Origin: Catajapyx aquilonaris
Lineage: Eukaryota
DNA length: 46,245 nucleotides
Direction of reading: 5' to 3'
Assembly: GCA_000934665.2 (NCBI GenBank)
Contig: KZ538819.1
Span: 1 to 46,245 of the forward strand
Position 1 is the stretch's first letter. Each line of letters begins with the position of its first letter. The notes below the pieces were generated by a model that saw only the letters and a list, made by a program, of their open reading frames with translations, ran no database searches and was not told the DNA's origin. This document shows positions 22,101 to 36,600 of this stretch, one piece after another. The translations under genes and the position numbers were made by a program.

Positions 22101-24671
22101 GGCATGGTCTCCTTTTTCTCTTGTTCTATTTCTATTTCCATCTAGTCTACATTACTATGTGATAATCGTCGTTACAAAAAGGCTCTTTTTTGAGGTGTAA
22201 TCAAGCGTTCAAGTCGCCCATCATGAAAATAGAAGCATTTGCTCGCGGTTACAAAAAGCTACTTCAAGGAGCCCACCCGAGGCTACGCCCCCCCAGTAAA
22301 ATTTATTTTATTATTTAAATTCTTCAGTTATATAATTTGTCAAGAAACCTACGAGGCACAGTTAAAGTTAGGATTGCTCCGCAGGGCACGCGTCGGGTAA
22401 AGATATATACTATGCCTCGTAAGGTTGCACAAAAACAGGTTTTAAAAAGAGGCTATTGTGAGGGGAAACATACTTGTATATTATTTTTTTACAAAATAAA
22501 AAAAAGATAGGTGACTTTTAAACCCCATCACCACAGCCGTAAGAAATAAGGAATAAAATAATGGACTATAGGTGTGTAATATATATTTTTAAAAATAATG
22601 CCTTGTTAAGTAGCGTTGATCACTCCTCTTTTTGATTCTCGTTGCTGTGCACCAAGGTTACTTTTTTTTTGAAATATAAATATTACATACATGATTTAGC
22701 ACGTATTTTTTTTTGTCCTTTCAAAACGAAGTAAGCAGGAAAAGTGTGCTGAATGTGTTAGGAGCGCTTCCAACTTTCAAAGTTTCACCTGGCAGATAGT
22801 TGAAAGCTGGTAATACTGTCCCATTTGTGATATTGTTCAAAAAAAAACGTGCGTTTTGGACAAAATAACAACTATTTTCCCCCCTTTAAAAAAGTGGCGT
22901 GTCAAATCGATCCTTATCAAACTTCCAGTTTTGAAAGGGTGACAAAAAAATGCGTTTAAAAACCGTATCCTAAAAGCGGTCGGCCAGTTTATTCCCCCCT
23001 TAACCTACCCCCAATACCAACCCCTCTACATAATCATCCCACCCCACCTTCCCTTATAGTTGTCACGTGTGCCGCCCATATTTCCTATGCGTAGCTTTTG
23101 GACTGGAATTTCCAAGAAAAGCGCCGATGAAAAATTCACCCCTCAACCTGGTCGATGGAAAAGCACCTCCACCACCCACCCACCCCCTATACCACCACCT
23201 CCACACCCATCCAAATGCTATATCGGCGTCCATCTCGCCGCCAAACGCTGTGTAACAGACATCCATTTTTCAGTGGCTTTTGCCAAGCCCCAAATTCTCG
23301 TACTACTAACCAGCCCCCTATTTGTGTTTACCAAACTTTTGCAATATTTTGTTTGTGTGGGGGAAAATAATTATTGAAGATGAGGCTGGGGATGTATGTA
23401 ATTGGCAGTGCATTGCCTCACCCTGTATTTCAAAAGGTGAATTTTGTCATCGGCACAACCTTTTTCATATGCACTGATCACAACGCTTGATATTTAGCTA
23501 ACCAAACAAACTACACATTTACAAAAGAAAAGAAAGGTCCAAGTTCTCACCAATCAGAAACGGTGAGGTGGATATTAAAAAAAAAAAAAATTAAGCGAGC
23601 TGGATCTGGCAACCCCAACATATATAATACCCCTTGGCACTTATTAGGGACCGCCCACCTGATGGTCCCAGGTTTTAGGGTATTTTTTAAAGGTGGAGTT
23701 AGGCTAGATCTGGCCTAATGCACGATTAAATGCCTTCTGGTCAATCGCATTTTTTTTTACTTCTTTAGAACTATAGTTGACACACGCGTAAATCAGAGAC
23801 AGATAGCTCTTCATACGCACATACACCCAATATTATAGCCCGTCACTCGGGAGAAGAGTAGCGTACAAAAATAATTCTCTCCTAGTGTACTGTTATCACT
23901 TTCTTGCTCCCCATCTTTACGCAAAGGTTCTGGTTATATCATACCGGTAATTGTTAGATTTGTTTTAAAAAAAATTGCAAAAGAATCGAAATAAATATTG
24001 TGCGTTGTGTGTGAATTATTGCGTGATGCAAATATTCACTCGAGTCGGATCATACATTTAAAAAAGAGAGACCAGAAATTTTGGCGTAAAGAACTTCGAC
24101 CCCTCGCACCATGCGCCATTTCAACACATGATCAGCCATCTTGGCCTCTTCTTCTGTACAATATATACATCACAACAAACGAGGTCAGAAGGTAGATAGA
24201 TGCGTTTAAATGGAGCATAATTATGGTGTATGTGCACACTAATGAGGGTGACACAACTCCGCACCTCAACATGCCCTGATCAATGACCCCAGGTTATAAA
24301 TTGCAACAATATACCCGGATGTGACACCTGATATCATAGAAAAAGGGTATGCATATAGAGAGACGAAGTGGCTCTATCTCTGGTTCGTTTACTACGACTA
24401 AAGAGTACTTTTTTTGCTGGTTGCATTCCGATATTGCTAATTGCGATATGTGTTACGAGTTAACTCAACATGAAAGGAAATTCAAGGCAGCTCGTCTCTG
24501 TTGTTACCTTACCTCACTTTTGGATTGCTGATTAGTTTGAGAACTTGAAACTGTACCCAACACCACGTAATAATAGTTAATAATTAAATTGCTAAGTTAT
24601 AAATAAAATATTCGAGCATACTTCAAACACGCTCACATTTTTCCCTCCCTCCTTTCCCTTTTGTTGTAGTA

Positions 24672-24894
24672 CTTATGTGCTGTAGAAAATAATGTTTCAT
24701 ACACAGCGGTTAGCATCCAACGTGATTGAAATTTAGAAATAATATAAGTGTGGCCTAATTTAGCAACTATGATAGTTACTGATGTGAATGGCTATTTGTG
24801 TAGTGTTATGCATAGTTTTTATATCGACAGTGTTGATGCATAACTGCAAACGTGTTGGATGCAGAAACTATTATTTTCCACTGCACACTACTCG
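24672..24894. mobile_element. Degenerate MITE
   Basis: TGTGCTGTAGAAAATAATGTTTC (24676-24698) inverted relative to GAAACTATTATTTTCCACTGCACA (24864-24887), plus GCATCCAAC/GTTGGATGC; TA at both flanks. Confidence 0.6.
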
Positions 24895-25689
24895 TATAGT
24901 AATAAAAGAACAACAACCATCTTGTCAGTCTTAGTTACGCCCGATTAGTTTTTAAAAAAACACTTAAAGAACCTGACTTAGCCTCACGAGCGAAAAATAG
25001 CTATATTACTTGGATAATAACTTGTTGTTTTTTTTTCAAGCCCTGCATCCATTCGTCAAAACGGCTTCTGAGGTTGCATAACTTCTAGGCGAAACTGAAT
25101 GCAGGGCTCTGAAAGAAATGTCATTTCTTAAACACAACTCGAGCTTGTGTCTAATATTAGTCCACTGGTGCCACCATGTCTAAAAATTCTCCCCCCTTTT
25201 ATTTTGGGCGTCTAATTTTCCGGAATATTGTTATCAACTCGATACCTTCATTCCTATTCCGGTCAGTTATTCACCCCCCCCCCCTACCCTACCTAGCCAC
25301 CACCACTACCATTTGTCACGCCAGCCTTGCGCAAAGTCCATCCAATTTAACATGTGTGAAGGTCCAGCTTAGCCTGAAAGCGGCCTCCTTGCGTGATCAA
25401 AAAGCCCCCTTTTTCCACCCCCACCACCACCTCTTTCAGGGAAGCCTATTTAAAAATGCATAGTTTACGGCCGTTGCTTCCCTTTCCAGGAATATGTATC
25501 TGCCTTCATGATAAGCGTAATTAAGGCCCTTGGACTTGCAATCGCCTTCAGTTTGGCTCTGTTGTGGGTGGCGACCGATTCTTTTTTTGTGTGTGATATT
25601 CCTTTTCTTTTATTCTATAGACATGAACGGAAACACTAGCAAAATAGCGTTTGAATACAGGAATATCAATATGAAAATTCATTTTGAAT

Positions 25690-25865
25690 TGCACAGTCAG
25701 GATTGAAATTGTGCACAGTCAGGATTGAAATTGTGCACAGTCAGGATTGAAATTGTGCACAGTCAGAATTGAAATTGTGCACAGTCAGAATTGAAAGTGT
25801 GCACAGTCAGAATTGAAAGTGTGCACAGTCAGAATTGAAATTGTGCACAGTCAGAATTGAAATTG
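25690..25865. repeat. Minisatellite, 8 x 22 bp (TGCACAGTCAGRATTGAAAKTG)
   Basis: Eight contiguous units with no spacers. Confidence 0.95.
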
Positions 25866-28800
25866 TTACAATTTTTTCATAGATATACAGGCATTACTTG
25901 AATGTCAAAATCGAATTGGAAAACTAGCTTTTCTGGTCGGTACGATTCGGTGCGAATGTTGCAATGATTGCATAGAGCGGTTTCTAGCTATGTCAATAGC
26001 TGAATTAATTATTGGAGCCGAATGATTGCCTGTTGCAAAACCGTGCGAATCCGCACCTGACTTTTCGAGGAAATGTTGCAAAATTGGGGGCTTGTTGCGA
26101 AATGGCGGCTGCCACTTCACGATGGTTGCCAGATGAAGCGGGTTTACTCGCAGGGTTGCCCGTTATTTATAGGTGCTGACCAAACTCGGACAAACATGGA
26201 AAACAGATGACACGACGGTAATAAACGTGTCAGACTTCGAGTAAAGAATTCCGTGTTGAATTCCCTGGTCCCAATTTTTCTTTGTTATCACGAGGAACTA
26301 CGCAATAATAAAATTCTGAGAGGCGGGTGGGCCACACGTAGCTGCGCCATTTTAAATATTCAAGAGTTTCGCTAGAATCCTAGGCAGTATGAGCGTTTGA
26401 AGGTTATTTGAGAAGGAAATAATCATAGACCTAAACACTGTATATGCCCCTCCGCGGGCTCTTACAGTACAAGTTACGTCACCCATATTGAATAACACGG
26501 ATTACACCATCCTGCCTATACAATACCGAACATCATCGAACGCTTAATTTCTGAAACACCCTATGCGTTTGCCGTTTGAATACACCCGGCATGTAATGGC
26601 CACCAGCAATGTATAAGAGGTGTGGGGGAGGTCAGTGGGATATATCTCCCTCCTTCCTCTCTCTGCCCCCCCTAAACCAACCCCTCTAATTCTATTTGCC
26701 GAGTTCCTGCTGCGAACCTCACTTTTCCTCCCCATCCCCCACTTCCCCCTGCTTTACTCCTGGTTTCCCTGAAACCGGGAACTCTCAGGCCATGTTGCCT
26801 AACATCCTGCTTATATGGACCTCAAATGCAAATTCATGCAACAGGTTCTTTACAGTGGATACGATTTTTTTAAACAATTTCATTTAATCGTGGCAATAAG
26901 TATTATAATAATTGTAATGAATATGAAGACTGTTGATATGAACAGTGTGCAAGACAGCTCCTGATTGGCAGGCAACATGCGGTACAAGAGAAGCGGATTG
27001 GTTGCATAAAAGCTAGGATCAAACTAAAATATGACCCCAGGCGTTTCCAAAAACAAACAAACTGGACAGCTAGGCTCAACACCGACGCCACTCTGGGGAT
27101 CTTTAACGTGCACTCGCGCAATGTCACAAGCACACGGGACCGACTGCTTTACAATCAGAATGTGACAGTTGACAACACTATCAGTATGTATTAAAATATT
27201 TAAAACGCATTGCATGTTCAAAAACCTAGAAGAGAGAGAGAGAAAAAAATGTCTCACTTAAAGTTTGTTGCCTGATACCTCATGCTCTCCTTTTGTTCTC
27301 GGCCACTGATTTATTGATGCATTATTTCAATTGTCGTGTGCGTGCGTTTGTCAGGAGTGTTTGCAACAGTAGCCGTCGGCAGCGCTTCTCGTCATGAATT
27401 ATTCATTTGGGGGGTGGGGGGAGGGGGTTCAGAAACAGTACCCACACCCATGCCATTCTACATAACCTTAATATTTTTAAGTGATGGCCCCCAAAAATTT
27501 GGAAAAAATAAAATAAAATTCGGCAACATCTGAAGGTCCAGTTGTTTACTTGCTTCTCATCTGCAATATATAGGGAGTGGGGGATACTTTTGGTGAGAAA
27601 AGCGAGTGACTCATTCGGGTCCGCAAAAGGGGGAGGGGGGTCATAAAACGCGGGGAAATGGGGAGAATTTGAGAAAATTCATTGGTTCAGCAATGGGAGG
27701 GTGGACAGGGGGGGACATAGGGAGGGAAGATTAGTCATCCTAGGGCGTAAATTTCGGGGAAATGTGGATTTTGAGCTGGGGCCATTTTTTGGACAACTTT
27801 GTCCACCCCCGTGTTTGAAACTTAGGTCTTTTTCTTTTAGTACCCTCTTTACCGCAAGCGAATGTGACTTAAGTTTTTGGATAAAGTGGGCCTGAACTTT
27901 CCAGCAAATATTTTAAGTAATCGGAGGCGGGTAGACGACCTTAAAGCACGATACCGTAATCCTGATTAGAAAAGTGCAATATTCATGAGGCTTGAAGGTG
28001 GCCCGATTCACCCCGCTTGTCCCAAATGATCCCAGAGTATAAAAGGCGAAGTACCGATGAATAATGAACATGTTGGGGCATTCGACCGGAGAAGGAGCGC
28101 AAATATTACTAATAAGCACGATATGTGGCTTCCACCCTACCACCCACAGGGCTGCTAATCCCTGCCAGTACTTCACTGTTTCAAGTTTCCCAACTGGGGC
28201 GAGAGACACCCGTCAGCTAATTTGGAGTTCAATTATTCATAGGTCGCCTTTACAGCTCGATATCGAATGAAAGTGGGTGGTATCGTCGGGTTGGATAGCA
28301 TTTCCTGGAAGACAAAAGCGATGTGGAATTTTTGTGCCACGTATAGCTTATAAGGTATCATTGCCAGTTCGGTCATGACGTATTGCACCCCTGTTTAGAA
28401 ACACGTGTAATTTTTCAAGGAAAAGGCTCGATACTATCGATCGTTGTTGACGCTCTTTTCTCTCTATCCCCCTCTACAGTATATACCCAGCCTGTTAGTG
28501 TGTGCGTAACTTTTGACATATTGGGGGATCGAATATGGCAACTAGTGTCATTGCACGGTGTACTGATAGCAAACATGGACAATGTGATACTATTGTTGCA
28601 GATTTCTCACGGTTCACTTCCGCGATGACAGTAATTCTCTGTAATTTTATATATGTATATATATTCGTCAATAAAGTAGGCCATGCTGTTAATGTTAGTG
28701 TGACGGACCGTGACTTGCTACTGGAATGTATGACACTAGTTAACGTGAATGTAAATTTTTAAAAAGCTTGAAGCCAGCATGGTACCGGTAAACAGGGTGA

Positions 28801-31800
28801 GGCATAACAACTTTTAACGATTTATATTCAGGGACAACACAGCTACACATAGTATCTGACCGTACATTATTCATTCCAATTCTAGCTGAGTGTGTTTATA
28901 ATTGAGCTTTCCGAGAACCTCGATAGCTATACGTATAGGCGTGATAAATTATAGAATCTCTTTCTGAAGTCGGGCCAAGTTTGTTGCGTTATTATATAAC
29001 CGGCATATCCAGGTGGAATTCATAAATGTTGAAGGCAAATTTACTGGAATGCAAGATATTTTGTATTCAGTATGTAGAGGCTCGCTGAATTATTGACGTG
29101 TGAGTGACGCTATCCGCTGACTAGACACTTACCCGGTAATAAATTCGGAAACGGTGTTATTGGCACCAAACTATGTATTACAACTATTGGAACTATGTTT
29201 CACCAGCTATTTTGGCGCCTGATTTAAATTGTTCATATGTGTGGACGCCATTTCGTTCGATTGGTAATCTGGGTGTGGGAATATTGGGACAAGTACAGAA
29301 AAACAGCTATAGCAGCTGCCTACTTTTTTTTCCTATCCTCTCCACCCCCTACCCTCTCCAAAAGGCCGGGAGAATTAAAAGTGTCCGTAAAGCAGGATTT
29401 TTGGCTCTTTTGTGTTTGTCCAGGCGGCCCGCCATTTGCATTTCCATTGGCGGGAAAGAGGGTTAGGTAGGTGGGGGTCCCCCCCGAAGTTTGAGGGGGT
29501 GGATGGTGGGGTGGGAGTAAAATTTCCATGAATATGGAAACATAGAGGGTCCTGACTGCGTGCCTGCTCCCGGCCTTCCATATATTTATGCCGATTTTCC
29601 AGATTTTGGGGAATGGAAAAACATCTGCCGATCGGGAAAAGGGGGAACAAAAGGCTGCAGGGGAGCCAGATGCATCACCCACTTTCTACCTAACCTCCCC
29701 ACCCTATATCCCCCTTTAACAAAAAAGAAAGGATTTGGCTGCAAAATGAAACTTTTTGCTACCAAAATCAAAATGAAAATCCGTTTTGTGGAAAAGAGAA
29801 GGGTGGGGGGCGGAGAAAAAAACTGGAAGGGGGGGGGGGGCTTTTTTTTGCACTTTTTCTGCTTTTTTCCGAAAGATTACTTCTTTTGGGGGATGTTAAT
29901 AGAGCACGTGGGATGGTGGGGAGGATTTGAAGGACAATGACAACTGATTGGCTCGTGCCTGGAGGCCACGTGACTACTCACGCGTACTATTTGAGGGGGG
30001 CAAAAAAAAATATGGGGCAAACTTCACCCCCTCTATGCTTAGGATGTCTATATCTCCCAGTAGGCTTACATGAACTAAATTCATTCAGTTAGCAGATCAT
30101 TCAAACTTATTTTAAAACAACTGATAGCCTTTAAGATGGTATCCACCATAACGCAAATAAAAAAGAATGAATAGTTCTATCGATCCTATGAATGGGGGGT
30201 TCCAATTGATCACTTTAAATATCTAAAAACCTTCCCGCCAGGTTGGCCCCTAGACTGTTCCATTTTTCAAACAAATAACTCCCCCCAAAAATGACCACGC
30301 CATTTTTTAAAGCTGTAATATAAAAAGCGAGATGACTGTCGGGACTTAATGTGGTGAGAAGAGAGGTCTTTGTGCGAGTGCGTGAGTTCTGCTAGGGGGA
30401 TGAATGGGGTGATTTGGGACCGTTCTGGGACCCGATTTGAATAGGTGCACCCTCATACCCCCCACCCCCCAGGCATACACCCTCTTGCATGCAAAGTGGG
30501 GAGGAAGAGGGAGGGGGGGGGGTTCCTATTTTTCCTGACCCTGGCAAGAAATTGAAGTGTTGTTTGAACGACGGGGGATTTCCAGTGTCCTAGTGGATCT
30601 ATTGGGACGGAAATATTGGGGGTGAACCTGGACCAATCTGTACTATGTGTCAAAAAAAAAACAGCGTCAGACTTAACGTAGTAAAAATTAACATAACGTG
30701 AAATTTGGGAATCAGCAAATAAACAAAACGAAAATAAACAAAGGGACGCAAAAATGATAAATAATTTTATTGCACAACCAAAAAGTAAACGAAAGTATAC
30801 ATAAAAGTTGGAAGAATGCTTAGTAAGTAAACATGTAAAAATGACTAACAACAAACGGAAAATTGGACCAAATATTTGATCTACAATAATTTGACACCAA
30901 AAAGGGGGACTAGTTTTTTTTTTTAGAAAATAAAATAAAATAGACATATCTGTTGAAATATCGTCTCTCCATTCATTCCCCACATAAAACTTATGACTCA
31001 GCTTTTTCAAATCATAGGTCGCACACCATAGAAATGACAGATTTGGCATGTTTGAGTCTCGGCGTCTACCAGTCTGCTTTCCACATTGATTTTGCCCCCT
31101 CCTAGCCCCCCATACACCCCTCCAATTTTTTGGGCAGGTGGGGGTCGTTACAAGAAGGGAGGGGGGGGGGGTTCCACAACCTCAACTTTCCATTTTTTAA
31201 AACGTGGTCTAAATATACACGCACAACCGTTTTAGGCCTTATCACTGCCTCTCTATCAAGGATCCAATCTGCCCCTTTTTTTCCATCATCATAAAAGAAT
31301 TCTTATTTCATGACCCCCCCCCCCCTCCTCCTGGTCTGTCAAGTCCAAGAATGTAAGTCAGACATATAAGTATAAGCAGCCCCTGAATATTCTTAGTGCT
31401 TTTTCAGCGAATTTCGACAGGATCCATTCGACCTGATTACATCTTTCATGACGGACCAAGCCTGATGATCTATCACAGGGAATTGCATGACATTTCCTGA
31501 CATGGTTGTAAGTGGCATACCGAGGTGGATTTTCTCGAAAATGTGGGGGGGGGGGTCTGTTCTTGGTTCCAACCAAGGATGGAATTCATATCGGTTCATT
31601 TCGAGACCCGAGTTTAAATACAGAAAAAAATATCTGAAGCATCTAGTAAATAAATCAGACTAGATAAAAGCATTTGTCCTAAATGTTGAACTAATTTGTA
31701 ATAAATATATTGATGACTATTGGTGGCAAATGGACATTTTTAGCTAACTAAATATACTATATGGCACTGTAATTCAGATGTAACGAGCTCGAGTTGCATC

Positions 31801-33650
31801 GTTATGACTTTTCTTTCTGTGGATAACTGAAAAAGTTTAAAACAATTAGTTTTTCCCCCAACTCCCTTACAGCCTACGAGATCACATAACACGCAAAGAA
31901 GTACACACAAGTAGAGATATACGTCACGGCATAAGAGCTCCATCGACAAAAAAATACAAAAAAATGACAGACAATGAACACGATTAGATAACTAGGCATG
32001 GAATTCTGCCTATCTTTTAAAATTGTCATACCATTAAAATGACTAGGTCTTCTATTGTCCTATCCAATCGAAGACCTAATGTGTTATCGTCGTAATCATT
32101 ATCGTCAGTGAGATCACCATTCCTCTCATCCATTACATATAACGTTTTTCTTTATTTTTTTTCTTCGAATAATATTAAGAGTCTAACTAGTGCTTAGAAT
32201 ATGATTTAGTGGTTTTAAAATCCCTGAATCTCGCGAGCGCGGGGACGGTTCGGGGGAAGGCCTCCAGCACAACAATGGCCGCAACAACAATGGACCCCCC
32301 GACCGACCGCGCCGCAAACTTTTTGATTTACGTGCCAGGATTCATCCTTACAAATTAATATTTTTTTTTACTTGTTTTTTTTTTTTTGCTTTCGAGTTGT
32401 TCGACAACTATTTTTTGTCGTCTTGTTCATTTTTCTCTGGTACCGTATATTAGAAGCGTGCAGCGGATATGTGGCGCCATTGTTGAATCATATAAATGCA
32501 AGTTTTGCTGGTAAGCGGCACTTTTTTTAAACATAAGTTGAAGATGGGGCGAAAAATTAAAAAAAAATGACTAGTGGCGCCAACAGATATCACCTTATAA
32601 ATTTTTTGAATAAATATGATTATTTTTTGATTCTTCATTCAAGCGATTTGGCGCTAACAAAATAACTGTTATTTATGACGTCACTATCATGTGATTTTCG
32701 ATGCGGAAGTGGCATCAATATTATTGTATCAGGTCGCCAACGATGTCACGCCGCCTCCAAAATTACGTGACAATGACATCATCTAACAATGCCACCAAAA
32801 ATTGATGCCGACAATGAGGCTCACATACCCGCTGTACACACGTTAAAATCAAGTACATACGACGTATTTGCAATACATAAACTTAAGCTCACTGGATGGA
32901 TATTGGCCCGCCCGAAAGCCCAAAAATTGGAGTTGACCGAAACTATTCTACAGGATGATACAGAAAAGAATCTATAAAATTTACCTGGTACCAATAAACT
33001 ATAGGGGGCATGTGCCATTATTTTTTGGGGGAAAAAAAACCGAACCACTAGGGACTTTTTGTTGTAAAAAAAAAATGTCACGCAAGCAGTATAATGTGGG
33101 GCTTTTGACAATATGGTGGCTAAAAACGAGGAAAAGAATCGCTCTAGCTGAAAGTAGCCGATTTCTATGCAAAGAAGATTGGACTTTTTTTATGTTTTTG
33201 ATTTCTAGAACTTCTACACTCATAGATATCTATATGATACTGCGCTATATAGACAATGTGACTACATCTCGGGTTAGCACTCTATTTCTTTTCTTCAACT
33301 GTAGGAATCTGCCGCATTGGCACTATTTTTTGCACTTTCGATCACATTTTGCATGACCCACCAAATTGTCTGAGCGATAGTTTTCCTCTCATAGTAACAT
33401 GTGCATATTACAGCCGGTTTTATATGAAAAACAAAAGCTGTTTAGGCCAACTGGCCAACTGTCGGTGAAGCATGGACAACAGTGGACACCATCGTTCGTG
33501 TCCTCCGAAGAGTTAACGACCTATAGTCCTTTGGATCCAGGAAGCGAGAAGAAACAGTGCGTGGAACTCACGTGGGGCTGCGGCGTCCCGGGCGCTTGAG
33601 CAAAACGGGGTAGTAGGAACTGTATGAGGGGGGGCGTCGCGGGCGTCGCG

Positions 33651-36600
33651 TCAGACGTCGTTGAGCATCTCCCTGGGCGCGGGCGTGAGGGTGAAGGTGG
33701 CGGTGAGGGGCTTGGACACCTTGTGGCTGACGGGCAGGACCACCAGGGACGGGGCGAAGTGGCAGCAGGCGTCTGGGGCGCCGGGGACGTCGTGGGCATC
33801 ATCCTGGCGACGAGGAGGCGACGATGGAGGTGCTGGCGTCGGGGGTTCGGCCAGGAGGAATGGCTGCAGCACGAAATGGCCGTCAGATGGCAAGATGGCT
33901 TCGGATGCCTCCTTCTTCCGGTGCATTAGGATCACGTGGCGACGAAGCAGGACGGGACTGCGGCTGCTCCATCCGCACTGGCTGCAACGACGCCAACCTT
34001 ATGGTTGGGCGAGAAAGAAGGTCACCTGTTACTACCAAGGAGCGATCCTTTGTACTGTACCGGTACTTCAAGTATCAGTCTTACCTTTCTGATACGGAGA
34101 TATGGTCCCGCGACGCATTGCGACGCTGACGGCGTGCTTCGAGTGTAGATGGGACAGGGCCATGTGACGGGATGGAAATCTCCGTGGGCATTTCGGACAT
34201 CGAAAAATGTGCCGTCGATGGTGCTTCTTCTTCGCCCTCTTTTTGGTCTTGTTCTTGACAATGACGGATGATGGAACACTGAGTGCCTGCGGGTAGTTGA
34301 CTGCAGGTATCTCGGGAGTCTCGTCAGGATTAGTATCTGCATTGGTCTTATCGCCCTCTTCACAAGATGCAGATGTTACGTCAGCCGTCACGGAAGTAGT
34401 GGTCACCACATCAGAAGTTGCAACGGAAGTGACGATTACGTCACATGTCGCATCCTGGCTGACCTCAGGAGACGGTTGCGACATGGGAGCGGGCAGCGCC
34501 GGGAATGTTGACGCGGCTAACCCCGTGTGAGTCCTCTCGTGCGCGATGCTGTACACCAGGTGGAAGGTCACGAACGGACAGTACGAGCATCGGTACAGTC
34601 GAGGAGACGAGGCCTCTACTTTGCTTAGCAGGTTCAGACTAGCCTGTTGCTGCTGGATGACATCGTCGTTGGCGCCGTTCGAAGTAGGGACATCGGTGTC
34701 GGTGCGTGACCACAACCGGTCAACCAGTGCACGGTGAACTGTGTACACGTGCAGGTTCAGCGCCAGACGGTCCCGGAACGCTCCCCCGCACCACAGGCAG
34801 AGGCAAGGAGGCGGCGACACGCTGGGCATGGGTACCGACGTAGTCGCCGGCATCGTCATCTGCCTCTGGGTCTCCACCTCCCTCCACTTATTCCTGCCAG
34901 GTTCGCCATGTTCGGCCACTAGGTGATTCTGCAACGCCTTGACATTTTTGAACCACCTCGCACACAATGGACACATCTCGCTGAAGCGCTGGCGATGCTG
35001 AGACAGCGACGACAGCGACGACGCGCTACTGTCGCCTCCACCCGCGTGGTTCCTCGAGTCACCCCGTCGCGACGGAGAGTCATCCGGGATGTGATGCACG
35101 TTCTGTTTGTGCACTTTCAGGAAGTATTTGGAGCACAGTGTCTTTCGGCAGATGTCGCAGGTGACCCCGCCCACCTGAGAAGCGTTCTCCAGGCTGATCC
35201 CATGCATCTTCTGCATGTGGATCTTCATGAAGTACTTGTTGCACAGTTCCTTCTGGCAGATGTTGCAGTAACAGTGGGAGGTGGCACCTGATGAAGTTGT
35301 TACCGACGACGTGGGCTGAGCACTGTCGCTGTTGACGGCAGCAGGAGGCGAATCGGTAGCGGGAGTGTTAGACATCTGCGTCGGAGTTGACGTGTCGTCG
35401 TTGGCGTCGTGGTCTGTCTCCATGGCTTCACCTCCATGTATGTGCTGGACATGCAACTGATAGAAATAGGCGTCGAAAAAGTCTTTCCTACACGGTGTGC
35501 AGTATGTCGCTGGCTGCGTGCTCGCTGGCGGCGAAGAAGACTCCGCTTTGGCAGGGGACGCCACCGACGCCTCTTCATCCTCAGAAGTCAGGAGTCCATG
35601 CTCGTTGATCATGTGTGCTCGAAGGAAATACTTGTTCTCCACCACCTTTCCGCAGACGCTGCAGACGGCAGGGACATCCCCAGTCACCGACGTCTTCTTC
35701 ATCCCACTCAGCTGCTGAAGCATGGACTGCAGGCGCTGCAGTTCATCCGGAGCATCCTTTGCGTCCTTGTCTCCGTGGCTGTAGGCCCGATGCATCTGCA
35801 ACAAGTACTCGCTCTGGTATGCACGTCCACATTCGTCGCACGTGAGAGGCGACGCGCCTGACGTCGCCTCGCCGTCCTCCGCAACTCCATGCATTGTCCT
35901 CATGTGCGCTTCCAGAATGTACTTGTTGCACAGAGACTTCTGGCATATATGGCAGAAAGCGTCGGTTGCGTCGGAGGCGTCTCTGGCATCCTCTGGAGAT
36001 TCCCCCACCCGACTAATCTCGAGGTCTCCGTCCAGCAGGGTCGTGGTGGCGGTGGTGGAATTCGCGTTGGAGGTGATGACGGTCGCCGCGATTGATGATA
36101 TCGTCGGTGGCGACGACGACGAAATCGGTATGGTCACTACGTCGCCGTTTCCCAGAGGGGAAGACGTGCGACTCTCGTCCGTTACCGAAGTTGCAGCTCC
36201 TGTTCTACTGCTTGGCGCACTGCTACCATGCATTTTGGCCATGTGCCTCTTGACGAAATACTTGTTGCAAAACTTCTTTTGGCAAAGGTGGCAGTAAGCG
36301 TCTGGATCATCTGTGGTCCCTCTCTTATTGCTGCAAGGAGCATGGAAGTTGTTTACGTTACTGCAATAGCTTCATGCGCTGATTCCATGACTCCTGACGT
36401 AAATGACGGTCTACTTGGATGGTGTATTACATGCAATACATGCTCAAAAGGCATACTTACATGCTGTCTTGCGTCGTCGTCAGCCGTCTTGAAGCCGGGG
36501 AGGTGAGGAATGTTCCCTGATAGGTCGGCTCCGGGACGGCGACTGCTGTCGTGGTCGTGGTCGGAGGCGTCGTGGCCGCCGTAGCAGTGGGCGGACATGG

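Noticed and set aside
25690..25865. CRISPR-like array
   Set aside because: Units are contiguous with no unique spacers; eukaryotic context and no cas genes.
32789..32977. ORF MPPKID…YDVFAIHKLKL resembling a LINE endonuclease motif
   Set aside because: Only a vague match, lacking the catalytic QET and any other LINE features.
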